Below the pieces are notes generated by a model. It was not told the origin of the DNA and made no database searches. It worked only from the letters and a program-made list of their open reading frames with translations. Position numbers and translations under genes: made by a program. From Rhodoferax sp. (lineage in GTDB: Bacteria; Pseudomonadota; Gammaproteobacteria; Burkholderiales; Burkholderiaceae_C), in the NCBI GenBank assembly GCA_044346675.1, contig JBIIYT010000001.1, positions 1 through 38,683 on the forward strand: a stretch of 38,683 nt of DNA. Reading direction: 5' to 3'. Within the stretch, counting starts at the first letter, position 1. Every line of letters begins with the position of its first letter. Of this stretch, positions 8,800-16,898 are shown in pieces.

Positions 8800-9840
8800 T
8801 TAGACAGGTCGCCGGGCGACTAGCCACATATGTGAAGAAAGGCCCTGTTGGGCGATGAACTGCTGGAAGGGCCAGCCATGTTCATCCCACTCATCAACCA
8901 AGACACGTTGCAAAAAGCTATCCAAGCTGATCTCACCCTTCAAAGCGGCCTCGCGCACGAACTCTGCGTCAAGTCGGCCTGGAGTATGGGTCTTGAGCAC
9001 CTCAAAACCGCAATCGTTCATTAGGGAGGTCAGGGAGGACGGGTTGAACAGGTTAACATGCTCGGCATCCACCGCCAGTGCGCCTGCGCCAAGCATGGCG
9101 ATGTCGAAACCAAGGCCATTAGGGCACGAAACGATCACAAGGCCTCCTGGCACAACAATTTGGAGGATATCTACCAGAAAACGCCTCGGATCGAACAGAT
9201 GTTCAATAACCTCGAAGGCGACGACAACATTTGCCTGAGGAATCTCAGCACCGATATCCTCAATTCGCTTATTTATCACTTCAACACCCCGCGCTCGACA
9301 CGCCTGCGCTAGTTCTGGTGTGGGCTCAACAGCAACCACCCGAGCAAACTCGCCAGACTCAGTGGCAACTGAGGCAAATGTTCCAAAACCGGGGCCAACT
9401 TCTAAAAGCGTGCCCTTTGGGACGCCAAAAGCATGACAGTAACCAATTACGCGTTGTAGCCACGGCTTGTGAATCTTCTCCCTCCTAGCCGCCTCCGAGG
9501 CTGGAAAGATATGCTTTGCCCAATAAGCATAGTTCTCTGAGTTCGCATAATAGTCAGACATCACTGCCTCTGAGGGCCTAGGAGACATGTAAATAGTAGA
9601 ACAGTTGTCGCAGCGTTTGAAGTTGAATCCGTATTTATCAAAGGCGCCAGATCCGTTCGCATCATTGCAGGCAGGACATTGGACAGGCACGAACTCAGCC
9701 GTTCGCGCCTGTAGCCTCTCGATGTCGCGCGCAAAAGCCGCCTCCTGTCCTGCAAGCAAAGCATCTGGGCACAGCTCTGATTCGCTGAGGCGATCACCAA
9801 GCGCAAGGCCTGTTTTAGAGGTGGTATTGAGATCAGTCAT
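8800..9840 (-). CDS. Class I SAM-dependent methyltransferase with Cys4 motif
   Basis: CPAC...CDNC, LLEVGPGFG, FEVIEHL, HVNLF. Start placed at ATG 9840, one base after the ABC gene stop; the ORF track extends to 9903. Confidence 0.85.
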   Translation of the reverse strand: MTDLNTTSKTGLALGDRLSESELCPDALLAGQEAAFARDIERLQARTAEFVPVQCPACNDANGSGAFDKYGFNFKRCDNCSTIYMSPRPSEAVMSDYYANSENYAYWAKHIFPASEAARREKIHKPWLQRVIGYCHAFGVPKGTLLEVGPGFGTFASVATESGEFARVVAVEPTPELAQACRARGVEVINKRIEDIGAEIPQANVVVAFEVIEHLFDPRRFLVDILQIVVPGGLVIVSCPNGLGFDIAMLGAGALAVDAEHVNLFNPSSLTSLMNDCGFEVLKTHTPGRLDAEFVREAALKGEISLDSFLQRVLVDEWDEHGWPFQQFIAQQGLSSHMWLVARRPV

Positions 9841-9841
9841 T

Positions 9842-11731
9842 TCAAATGTAGTTCTTAGCATGCTGAGTGGATCTTCCACCGAAATTCTTCTTGGGCGGGG
9901 CATTAGTTGTTCCGGGGTCGTCGCAACTCAGATGAGCGACCATTTCTTGAAAAGCTGGAACATCACGCATCAACCGTTCGAATGTTCCCTGCCCGGTAAT
10001 TTGCCCGTTCTCAAAGAAAAAGATTTTATCGCAGTGCGCAATGGAGCTCAGGCGATGTGCAATGACAATGATTGTCTTATTTCCACGCAAACGGCGAATT
10101 GCTTCAGTAACCTCAAACTCAGTGCTGGCATCGAGCGAGGCTGTAGGCTCATCCAGGATGATTACTGAGGCACTCATGTACAACGCGCGCGCAATTCCGA
10201 GTCGCTGGCGCTCGCCACCCGAGAATGTATTCCCGCGCTCGCCTAGACTTGAACTCAAACCGTTGGCCATTCCCTGAACTTTTGCATACAAGGCCGCATC
10301 CTTTAGCGCCGCCCATACTTTTTCATCATCAACCGCATCAGGAGAGACCCCAAAGGCTATGTTGTTGCGAATAGTGTCATCAAGAATCACCGGCTCCTGC
10401 GGAACATAGGCAAACATCCCAGCCAAGGGGCCCTCCAGTCCTGCTGTGTAAGGTCGGCCATCGATGAGTACCCGCCCATTTTCGGGCTGAAGCAGTCCTA
10501 GAAGAATGTCCGCAGTGGTCGATTTCCCCGATCCTGATGGCCCGGCAAAACCAACCAATTGGCCTTTTAAGATTTCGAAGCTCACGCTAGCTACTGCAGG
10601 TTTAGCACCAGCCTCGTAAGAGAAACTCAGATCCTCCAACACGATCGAACGTGCAAGCTTGTTCGATGAACTAGATGCTCCTTGCGGTGTTGTCTTATTT
10701 GGACGTCCGTTGTAATTCAGGTAGTCGGGAAGAATGGCCGCAAGGCTAGGCACAGAGTTTCGGTACAACTGAAGTGCGGCGATGATTCGGACGATTGCAG
10801 GCGCTATTCGCAACGCCGCGAGTCCAAAGAGAGCCATTGTTGGAATGATCGACTCAACAGTTTTCCCGACGAGAAATACGCTCAACATGACGCCAAAAAC
10901 GCCTACAACTATCACAATTTCAAGTACAAACCTTGGCAAGTTTTGGGCCAGTCCGTTTTTCATCACAAGGCCCATTTGCTCCTTCACCAAAGCATTGAAA
11001 CGTTGCTCAAACGCCGATTCCACTTGACTCACTTTAATTGTCTTTATAGCCAGCGCTGTCTCTGCTACTGCGGAATAAACTTGCTCATTCGCGCGCATCA
11101 TGCGCTGCCCCCAAATGATCAATCTCTCGTGCATGAAACTCCAATAAGTTGCCCCAAGGACGCCAATAACAAGCACTGCGATTAGGGTTTCTAGCGGCTT
11201 GGCAACAAGTAATGTCGCTATAAACACGGCTGCCAAAACCATAGCACTTGCAATTTCCACCAATCCCAAGGTGCATTGAGCCACCGCGGCGGCTGCATTT
11301 GTTGTTACGTTGTTCATCAGAACCGATGACTTCGAACTCAGGTGTCTGGTGTAGGGTGCCTTCATGTATCCGCTAAATAGCACTCCGGCTACTCTTAACT
11401 GCAGCTGTTTACGTATCCAAAGCATCATCCATGCACCTACGAACTGCATAAATATGCGAATCAAAAACACTGCCATCACAGACAGTGTCAAAAAAGCAAA
11501 AAAGATATGCAATTCTTTAAACGCCAGCCACTCATAAATAAGGCTAAGCTGCGGTATTCCTCCAAGAGTTTGGGGCTCCATCACAGCCTTTAAAAAGGCG
11601 TAAACCAAACCGACGCCCACTGCCTCCAATATCGCACTGAATAGATTCACTACAAATAGTAGACCTAGTAGTTTTCTTTCGTGCGGCTCTACTAAAGCCA
11701 AGGAATCTCGGATACTCTTAAGCATGCACAA
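9842..11731 (-). CDS. ABC transporter, fused permease + ATP-binding domain (PglK/MsbA/HepA-like glycolipid flippase)
   Basis: Hydrophobic N-terminal half with several TM segments. Walker A GPSGSGKST, Q-loop YVPQE, signature FSGGERQR, Walker B IILDEPT, IAHRLS. ATG at 11725 is an alternative start. Confidence 0.92.
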   Translation of the reverse strand: MCMLKSIRDSLALVEPHERKLLGLLFVVNLFSAILEAVGVGLVYAFLKAVMEPQTLGGIPQLSLIYEWLAFKELHIFFAFLTLSVMAVFLIRIFMQFVGAWMMLWIRKQLQLRVAGVLFSGYMKAPYTRHLSSKSSVLMNNVTTNAAAAVAQCTLGLVEIASAMVLAAVFIATLLVAKPLETLIAVLVIGVLGATYWSFMHERLIIWGQRMMRANEQVYSAVAETALAIKTIKVSQVESAFEQRFNALVKEQMGLVMKNGLAQNLPRFVLEIVIVVGVFGVMLSVFLVGKTVESIIPTMALFGLAALRIAPAIVRIIAALQLYRNSVPSLAAILPDYLNYNGRPNKTTPQGASSSSNKLARSIVLEDLSFSYEAGAKPAVASVSFEILKGQLVGFAGPSGSGKSTTADILLGLLQPENGRVLIDGRPYTAGLEGPLAGMFAYVPQEPVILDDTIRNNIAFGVSPDAVDDEKVWAALKDAALYAKVQGMANGLSSSLGERGNTFSGGERQRLGIARALYMSASVIILDEPTASLDASTEFEVTEAIRRLRGNKTIIVIAHRLSSIAHCDKIFFFENGQITGQGTFERLMRDVPAFQEMVAHLSCDDPGTTNAPPKKNFGGRSTQHAKNYI

Positions 11732-13792
11732 CTAGCCTATCTCGGCCCGTGCCCATTTGTTGTTTTCCATTTGCCAAACCCGTGGATCTCTAAACGTATC
11801 TGCAATGCGGTCAAACTCGTCCTCGCTCATACCTACATAGTCGAGCCAGCGCCTGAGGTCGCCAGGCTTTATCGGGTCATAGTGATTCACTAACTCTATA
11901 GCCCGATCACGGCTCATTAAACCTGCCCGGATATCTTTACAGGTGTGATCCGTCGCTCGGCCATATCCGAATTTGATGTACTTCAGATAATCATGTATGC
12001 CATTTTCGTGCATGTCGTCCAAGTTCGACATAGTGCGATAGGTTCGATCAAATGGAACATCGTTTACCTCAAAACCGTACCGATCAATAACCATTTTGGT
12101 GTGCTCATTACCCTCCCAATAGACATAGTTACCCAGGAAAAGTCCACGCAAGTCTAGGTTGAACAGCTCTTGGTCGCTAGGGTATTTCCATGTAATCATG
12201 TCAGAACTGCTCAGCCCTTCGCGACCCACAAAATAGTTCCACTCAAAGCCACGGGCAAAATGCTCTTGGCGGTCGCGGTAACTAATTTCAGGAAAATCAT
12301 CCATCGAAAACTGTCCGCACAGGTCCAGATACCCATGTTCACCATAAAACACAAGTGGGATCCCATGCTGAACGGCAGCTTTTACAGGTGCAGACATGAT
12401 TCCGACATGCGCGTGCCAGTTCATGTCACCCATAATTTTGAAAGCGAGACGATTGAGCTTTTTGAGTGTGTTGACCGCAGGTTGCACCACGATGTGGTCA
12501 CAGTCAAAAGCTTCCTTCATCCGCAGCATGTTGCGCCAACCCACGGGGGTCCAATTGTTACCGTTATAGGTTACCAGCAGAGGGTTCATGCCAAACTCAT
12601 GTTTAAGAACATGCGTCTGGAAATAGCTATCCTTGCCCCCCGATACCGCAATAACGCAATCGTGACGGCTACCGTCTCTACAACGGTAGCGGTCCAAAAT
12701 TTCACGCAGTAACTCTTTTCGCCTGCTCCATTCCGATGCTGGTATATCCTCTTTAACCCGCGCCATCTGGCAACCAGTGCATTCGCCTGCATCATTGAAT
12801 TCCATCGGGGCAGCACTAATTGAAGGGTATGTGCACTTTGTGCACCACGTAATTTGGCGGCGCTTGAAGGCAGCACCAGATCGGGCGGCCACATAGTCCT
12901 GATCGTGCGCTTGCCGCATACGCTCCGCCAAGCGCGCGTCTTCGGCAGCACGGTCATATTCAGGCTCCCGTTGCATGTAGCGGCTACCTAAGCCAACAGA
13001 ACGCATGGGTACACCGGCATCAATGCAAACCTGCTTTGCGCGCGAGTAGCTGAGTTCGAAAAAGTGAAAGATATTGGCCGCCGATACTGCACTGGCACGC
13101 CCCTGAAGAATGCCGGGGGCAAAATGCTCATAGTGCCCCACTCCACCACATCCGATCACAGGAATCGAAACCGCATCAGCCACTGCAGAAAGTAGCTCTA
13201 AGTCGTAGCCTTGACCCGACCCATCCCGGTCTATGGAATTCAAGAAAATCTCACCTGCGCCTTGCTTCTCAACCGCGCGGGCCCAGGTTACAGGGTCCAA
13301 CCCCGTCGACCGTTGACCGCCTGCAGCCATCACCTCATAACGACCGTCTGCATGTCGTATAACATCGATGGAAATGACGATGCATTGATTGCCATATCGT
13401 TCAGCTGCTCGGGCGATAAAGCTTGGGTCGTCTATGGCGGCGGTATTGATGGCCACCTTGTCAGCTCCAGCTGCCAGACGCTCGCTGATGTGTTCAAGTG
13501 TGCGAATTCCACCTCCAAAGGTCAGCGGCATAAAGCAGACCTTGGCCACCTCACGAAGAACATCAATTGCCGTGTTGCCACTATAGCGCTGCTGTAGGTC
13601 ATCGCGACGCAAGTCGTGATCCCCCTCACCCTTGCTAATGTCCAAGATGATCAACTCATCAACGTTCCAGTGTGAGAAACGCTCGACTGTACTCATGGGG
13701 TTACCGATTACTTGGTGAACCTTAAAGAGCTGGCTACGCACAATTACGCCATGTTTCAGCAATAGGCAAGGGATAAGGCGAGGTCTATGCAT
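11732..13792 (-). CDS. Fusion: HisF-like (WbuZ/AglZ-type) TIM barrel + WbuX/PseA-type N-acetyl sugar amidotransferase
   Basis: N-half: RLIPCLL, DELIILDI, PLTFGGGIR, GADKV, GAGEIFLNSIDRDG, CGGVG. C-half: CTKC...CTGC, DCVIAVSGGKDS (PP-loop), FYGE, YLKYIKFGYGRA. Start placed at ATG 13792, overlapping the hisH stop; the ORF track starts at 13828. Confidence 0.88.
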   Translation of the reverse strand: MHRPRLIPCLLLKHGVIVRSQLFKVHQVIGNPMSTVERFSHWNVDELIILDISKGEGDHDLRRDDLQQRYSGNTAIDVLREVAKVCFMPLTFGGGIRTLEHISERLAAGADKVAINTAAIDDPSFIARAAERYGNQCIVISIDVIRHADGRYEVMAAGGQRSTGLDPVTWARAVEKQGAGEIFLNSIDRDGSGQGYDLELLSAVADAVSIPVIGCGGVGHYEHFAPGILQGRASAVSAANIFHFFELSYSRAKQVCIDAGVPMRSVGLGSRYMQREPEYDRAAEDARLAERMRQAHDQDYVAARSGAAFKRRQITWCTKCTYPSISAAPMEFNDAGECTGCQMARVKEDIPASEWSRRKELLREILDRYRCRDGSRHDCVIAVSGGKDSYFQTHVLKHEFGMNPLLVTYNGNNWTPVGWRNMLRMKEAFDCDHIVVQPAVNTLKKLNRLAFKIMGDMNWHAHVGIMSAPVKAAVQHGIPLVFYGEHGYLDLCGQFSMDDFPEISYRDRQEHFARGFEWNYFVGREGLSSSDMITWKYPSDQELFNLDLRGLFLGNYVYWEGNEHTKMVIDRYGFEVNDVPFDRTYRTMSNLDDMHENGIHDYLKYIKFGYGRATDHTCKDIRAGLMSRDRAIELVNHYDPIKPGDLRRWLDYVGMSEDEFDRIADTFRDPRVWQMENNKWARAEIG

Positions 13793-14417
13793 GGTGGCCG
13801 CGCTGGGTTGAGAGCGAAAGGAAAGCATTTAGGACGTTCAAGCCGGCGTCTTGACTCTTTTCCGGATGACATTGCAAGCCAAAGATGTTGCCATGCTCGA
13901 CAGCCACGGTGACGGCGTCACCGCCAAAAGCAATTGTTGCCGCCACGTCTTCTTGGCGAGTGCATTTCAAGTGGTAGCTGTGCACAAAATAAAACGGCGT
14001 TCCTTTGACCACGTCATGGAACAGGCGCGCACCCACCCTTGGCTCGACATCGCACCATCCTATGTTCGGAACTCTTTCGCCTATAGCCGGCTTGATTCGC
14101 TCCACTCGCCCAGGTATCAATCCGAGCCCCTCGTGATTGCCATACTCCTCACTGCTGTCTGCGAGTAACTGCATGCCTAAGCAAAACCCTAATATCGGTG
14201 TTCCAGCGCGAGCCGCTTGACGTAACGGAGCCACCATGTACCTTGCACGCAGTACCTCCATCCCATCCCCGAAAGCACCTACGCCGGGTAGAACAATGGC
14301 ACTCGCTTTGGGGATTTCATTTGCATCATGAAATGTTGAAAGCGAAGCCCCGAGGCGCTGAAAAGCACGAAATACAGAGCCGATATTGCTAATACCTAGG
14401 TCGATCACAGCAATCAT
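13785..14417 (-). CDS. hisH: HisH-like class I glutamine amidotransferase (WbuY/HisH2 type)
   Basis: IVLPGVGAF, GFCLGMQLL (catalytic Cys), FYFVHSY, QCHPEKS (His-Glu). ATG 14417 overlaps the upstream TGA (ATGA). Confidence 0.92.
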   Translation of the reverse strand: MIAVIDLGISNIGSVFRAFQRLGASLSTFHDANEIPKASAIVLPGVGAFGDGMEVLRARYMVAPLRQAARAGTPILGFCLGMQLLADSSEEYGNHEGLGLIPGRVERIKPAIGERVPNIGWCDVEPRVGARLFHDVVKGTPFYFVHSYHLKCTRQEDVAATIAFGGDAVTVAVEHGNIFGLQCHPEKSQDAGLNVLNAFLSLSTQRGHHA

Positions 14418-15778
14418 GATGGCATATCCTGCTGACACGAAGTTACACGCTGTGGGGATTCACGCAGGCAGGGCGAAAAAGTTAGGTCAACGAGCCCCTT
14501 ACTCTCAAAACGTTTGAGGTAGGAGTGCAGCCGCTCGAATGGCAAATCGTGTCGCTCCGCGATTTCCAGCACAGTCATCGACCCGTCCATATAACGGAAA
14601 AGGCAGTCCAGAAGATGCCCCCACTTTTCAGCGTCGGCGTCTAGATCCTTTGTGATCGTCGGATCGGGGCGTTCCATATAAAGGTCATATTGAGGGTTCG
14701 ACAAACATATGAGTCCATCAAATTTGCGCTGAATGGTGGCATCGTTCTCTATCGAGAGCACTACCCGCTTGAGTACATCCAGCATTTCATCCAATTGCTC
14801 TGGAATCATGAGCTCAGGCGTATCTAGGCTAGAGTGGTACTCTGGATATGGTTCGAACTGATCCTCGCAACGAGTCATCTCAACAAACGGCACCTCGTAT
14901 CCTGGTGCCTCCCATACAGTTTCATCGTTGCCCGCGCCCTTGCGCCAAGACACCAACTCATGTTTTTTAGAGTAGTGTTTGAGGGCGTTGGAAAAAGCCA
15001 GATCAATTTTGTGCCCCCCCCTGAATGTGCTGGTAGCCTTGATTGCCCCTCCTGTTCCGGGCATCTCCTCGAAAACACCGCAAACCATGCGGTCAACCTC
15101 TTCGCGCGGCAGGTCGCGAAGATAAAAAACGCTGCCTAGATGCTCGGGCCCAAGCACCAATCTATAAGAGTAGAAGGTATCTTGAGTAGATAACCACTGG
15201 AACAAACGAATCAAAACCGCCGTTCCAGCAAAACCATCATTGGCCATGTGTGGATGGCAGGTGTTGGAGTTGAAGACAATCATCTTGTCACTGCGCCCCG
15301 CCTTGTGGTGGTGGGCTACCAGCATCTCACCAGGTTCGTATTCGGTTTCTAGTTCAACACGGTAATTGCCTGGCCCCAATTGCTCGTAAACACGATGCGG
15401 TAGGCAAAACACCCAGTCTGCATCCCAGGGGCGGTATTGCCACATGCAGTGAAACATATAGGCTTCCGGTTGCAAGGGATTGCTGACCAAGTGCGGCGTT
15501 AACTGGGCCCAGGCCAGTTCGCCGTTGAATGACTTGGAGTACCGGCCTACTCCTAGGGTATGTGCTTTTCCGTCGAACACCTCCCTACCGTCCCGATATA
15601 GCTTAGCGCGAAGCACCCGCCAATTGTCAGGAACCTGCCAACCGTTGTAGCCATCACCTGAGGGAAAATGAAAGTGTTCTAGTGGCAATTCTTTTGCAAT
15701 TCGGCTAAAGAGTGGCTCATTGTCATCTGCCACAACACCGGTGGCAAATTTGCAAAGATCTTCAATCAATTCATTCAT
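14414..15778 (-). CDS. DUF4910/DUF2172 M28 aminopeptidase-like polysaccharide biosynthesis protein with C-terminal winged HTH
   Basis: WQVPDNW, CHPHMAND, YSYRLVLGPE, YPEYHSSLD and a C-terminal HTH-like segment MDGSMTVLEIAERHDL. Start could be 15802. Confidence 0.82.
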   Translation of the reverse strand: MNELIEDLCKFATGVVADDNEPLFSRIAKELPLEHFHFPSGDGYNGWQVPDNWRVLRAKLYRDGREVFDGKAHTLGVGRYSKSFNGELAWAQLTPHLVSNPLQPEAYMFHCMWQYRPWDADWVFCLPHRVYEQLGPGNYRVELETEYEPGEMLVAHHHKAGRSDKMIVFNSNTCHPHMANDGFAGTAVLIRLFQWLSTQDTFYSYRLVLGPEHLGSVFYLRDLPREEVDRMVCGVFEEMPGTGGAIKATSTFRGGHKIDLAFSNALKHYSKKHELVSWRKGAGNDETVWEAPGYEVPFVEMTRCEDQFEPYPEYHSSLDTPELMIPEQLDEMLDVLKRVVLSIENDATIQRKFDGLICLSNPQYDLYMERPDPTITKDLDADAEKWGHLLDCLFRYMDGSMTVLEIAERHDLPFERLHSYLKRFESKGLVDLTFSPCLRESPQRVTSCQQDMPS

Positions 15779-15817
15779 TTTGGATTTCTGGGCTCGCAGC
15801 ATCCTAATCTGAGATAA

Positions 15818-15846
15818 AAAATATCATTACAGATAGTGCGCCTCAA
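15818..15846 (-). promoter_or_regulatory. Possible internal sigma70-type promoter upstream of the DUF4910 gene
   Basis: TTGAGG-N17-TATTTT with a TG at the extended -10 position, in one of the few intergenic gaps. Each hexamer matches consensus at only 4/6. Confidence 0.25.
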
Positions 15847-15932
15847 TTCGGGCTCTTGCGTATATCTAATCTTGACTGGCCTCATTGGTCCGCGACTTTT
15901 AGCCAGCTGGGTAGCTTTACTAGTGCAATTGC

Positions 15933-16781
15933 CTAAACTAGAATAACTCCTACCTTAGCAGCTTTTTGCTTTAGCGAATCCGGAAATTGATGATTCAGTA
16001 TTGCTTCGTTCTTGCGAAAATCTCTAGCGTAATATAGATATTCGTTTGCAATTTCGTTGTCGGATGAGCAGACCAGAAATAGTCCATATTTCATTTGCGT
16101 CTGATCCTTGTCTCGTTGATTGTTCGGCGTCGCTCTATGCTTAATTCGCAGGTCGAAAGCTACGACATCCCCAGCTCGAATCGGCAATGACAAAGGCTTT
16201 CTGAATTTCCCGGCCAGCCTTGCTGGCAGCGTAAATAGCTGCTTCAACCGATCTCTTCCGCGTTTAAATGGCCAAGGGAAGTTCTGACCCAACTTGGTTC
16301 CGAGATCCTCCAACCATTCGAGATGGACCTCCCGATGTGAGCCAGGAACTACATCTAGCCCCCCTCCAAACTGCGTTGAATTATCCTGTAAATATATTGC
16401 GACTTGTACCACTCGAAAATTTGGACTCAAGTAAAACGTCTGTTTGTCGCGCCTAGGGGCAGAGGTATCACGATGCCAATTACTGTAGAAGTCCTTTTGC
16501 AACGATTGCTCGGGAATAAACACAACCGGCGATCCCAACAGTGCTTTTATTGCCTCTATGAGGGGCGGGTGAAAGAGAACCCATTGAAATTCTGGATAAT
16601 GTGAATAGATATCACTCCGACTGGTTCCAAATCTTGGGTGTTTGTCTAAGTCACCAGGAAAATCGGAAGGTGTGTCGGTTATCCGGTCGGCGCTTGCACG
16701 AAGACGTGCCATTTCCTCTTCGCTGAAAATGGACGTGAAGTGTGCATAACCTCTTTTTTTGTAGCTGCTTTGGTAGTCCAT
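15933..16781 (-). CDS. Phytanoyl-CoA dioxygenase (PhyH)-family Fe(II)/2-oxoglutarate oxygenase
   Basis: GYAHF near the N-terminus, WHRD (HxD), IYLQD...GGLDVVPGSH, AGDVVAFD..IKHRA (distal His). ATG 16781 has AGGAG upstream; the ORF track starts at 16844. Confidence 0.85.
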   Translation of the reverse strand: MDYQSSYKKRGYAHFTSIFSEEEMARLRASADRITDTPSDFPGDLDKHPRFGTSRSDIYSHYPEFQWVLFHPPLIEAIKALLGSPVVFIPEQSLQKDFYSNWHRDTSAPRRDKQTFYLSPNFRVVQVAIYLQDNSTQFGGGLDVVPGSHREVHLEWLEDLGTKLGQNFPWPFKRGRDRLKQLFTLPARLAGKFRKPLSLPIRAGDVVAFDLRIKHRATPNNQRDKDQTQMKYGLFLVCSSDNEIANEYLYYARDFRKNEAILNHQFPDSLKQKAAKVGVILV

Positions 16782-16898
16782 ATTTTCTCGATCACTCCTA
16801 AACACATCGTTACTCGTTGGTTTTCGTTCGGCACAAGTCTTCATTTTGTCAATCGGAAGACATGCACACTCACATGCTGATCGAACCGCTAATACAAC

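Noticed and set aside
9842-9903. Apparent 62-nt overlap between the ABC transporter and methyltransferase ORFs
   Set aside because: It disappears if the methyltransferase starts at ATG 9840, directly after the ABC stop.
11732-14417. hisH/hisF as histidine biosynthesis genes
   Set aside because: No other his genes are present. The HisF domain lacks the catalytic Asp of PCLD and is fused to a sugar amidotransferase.
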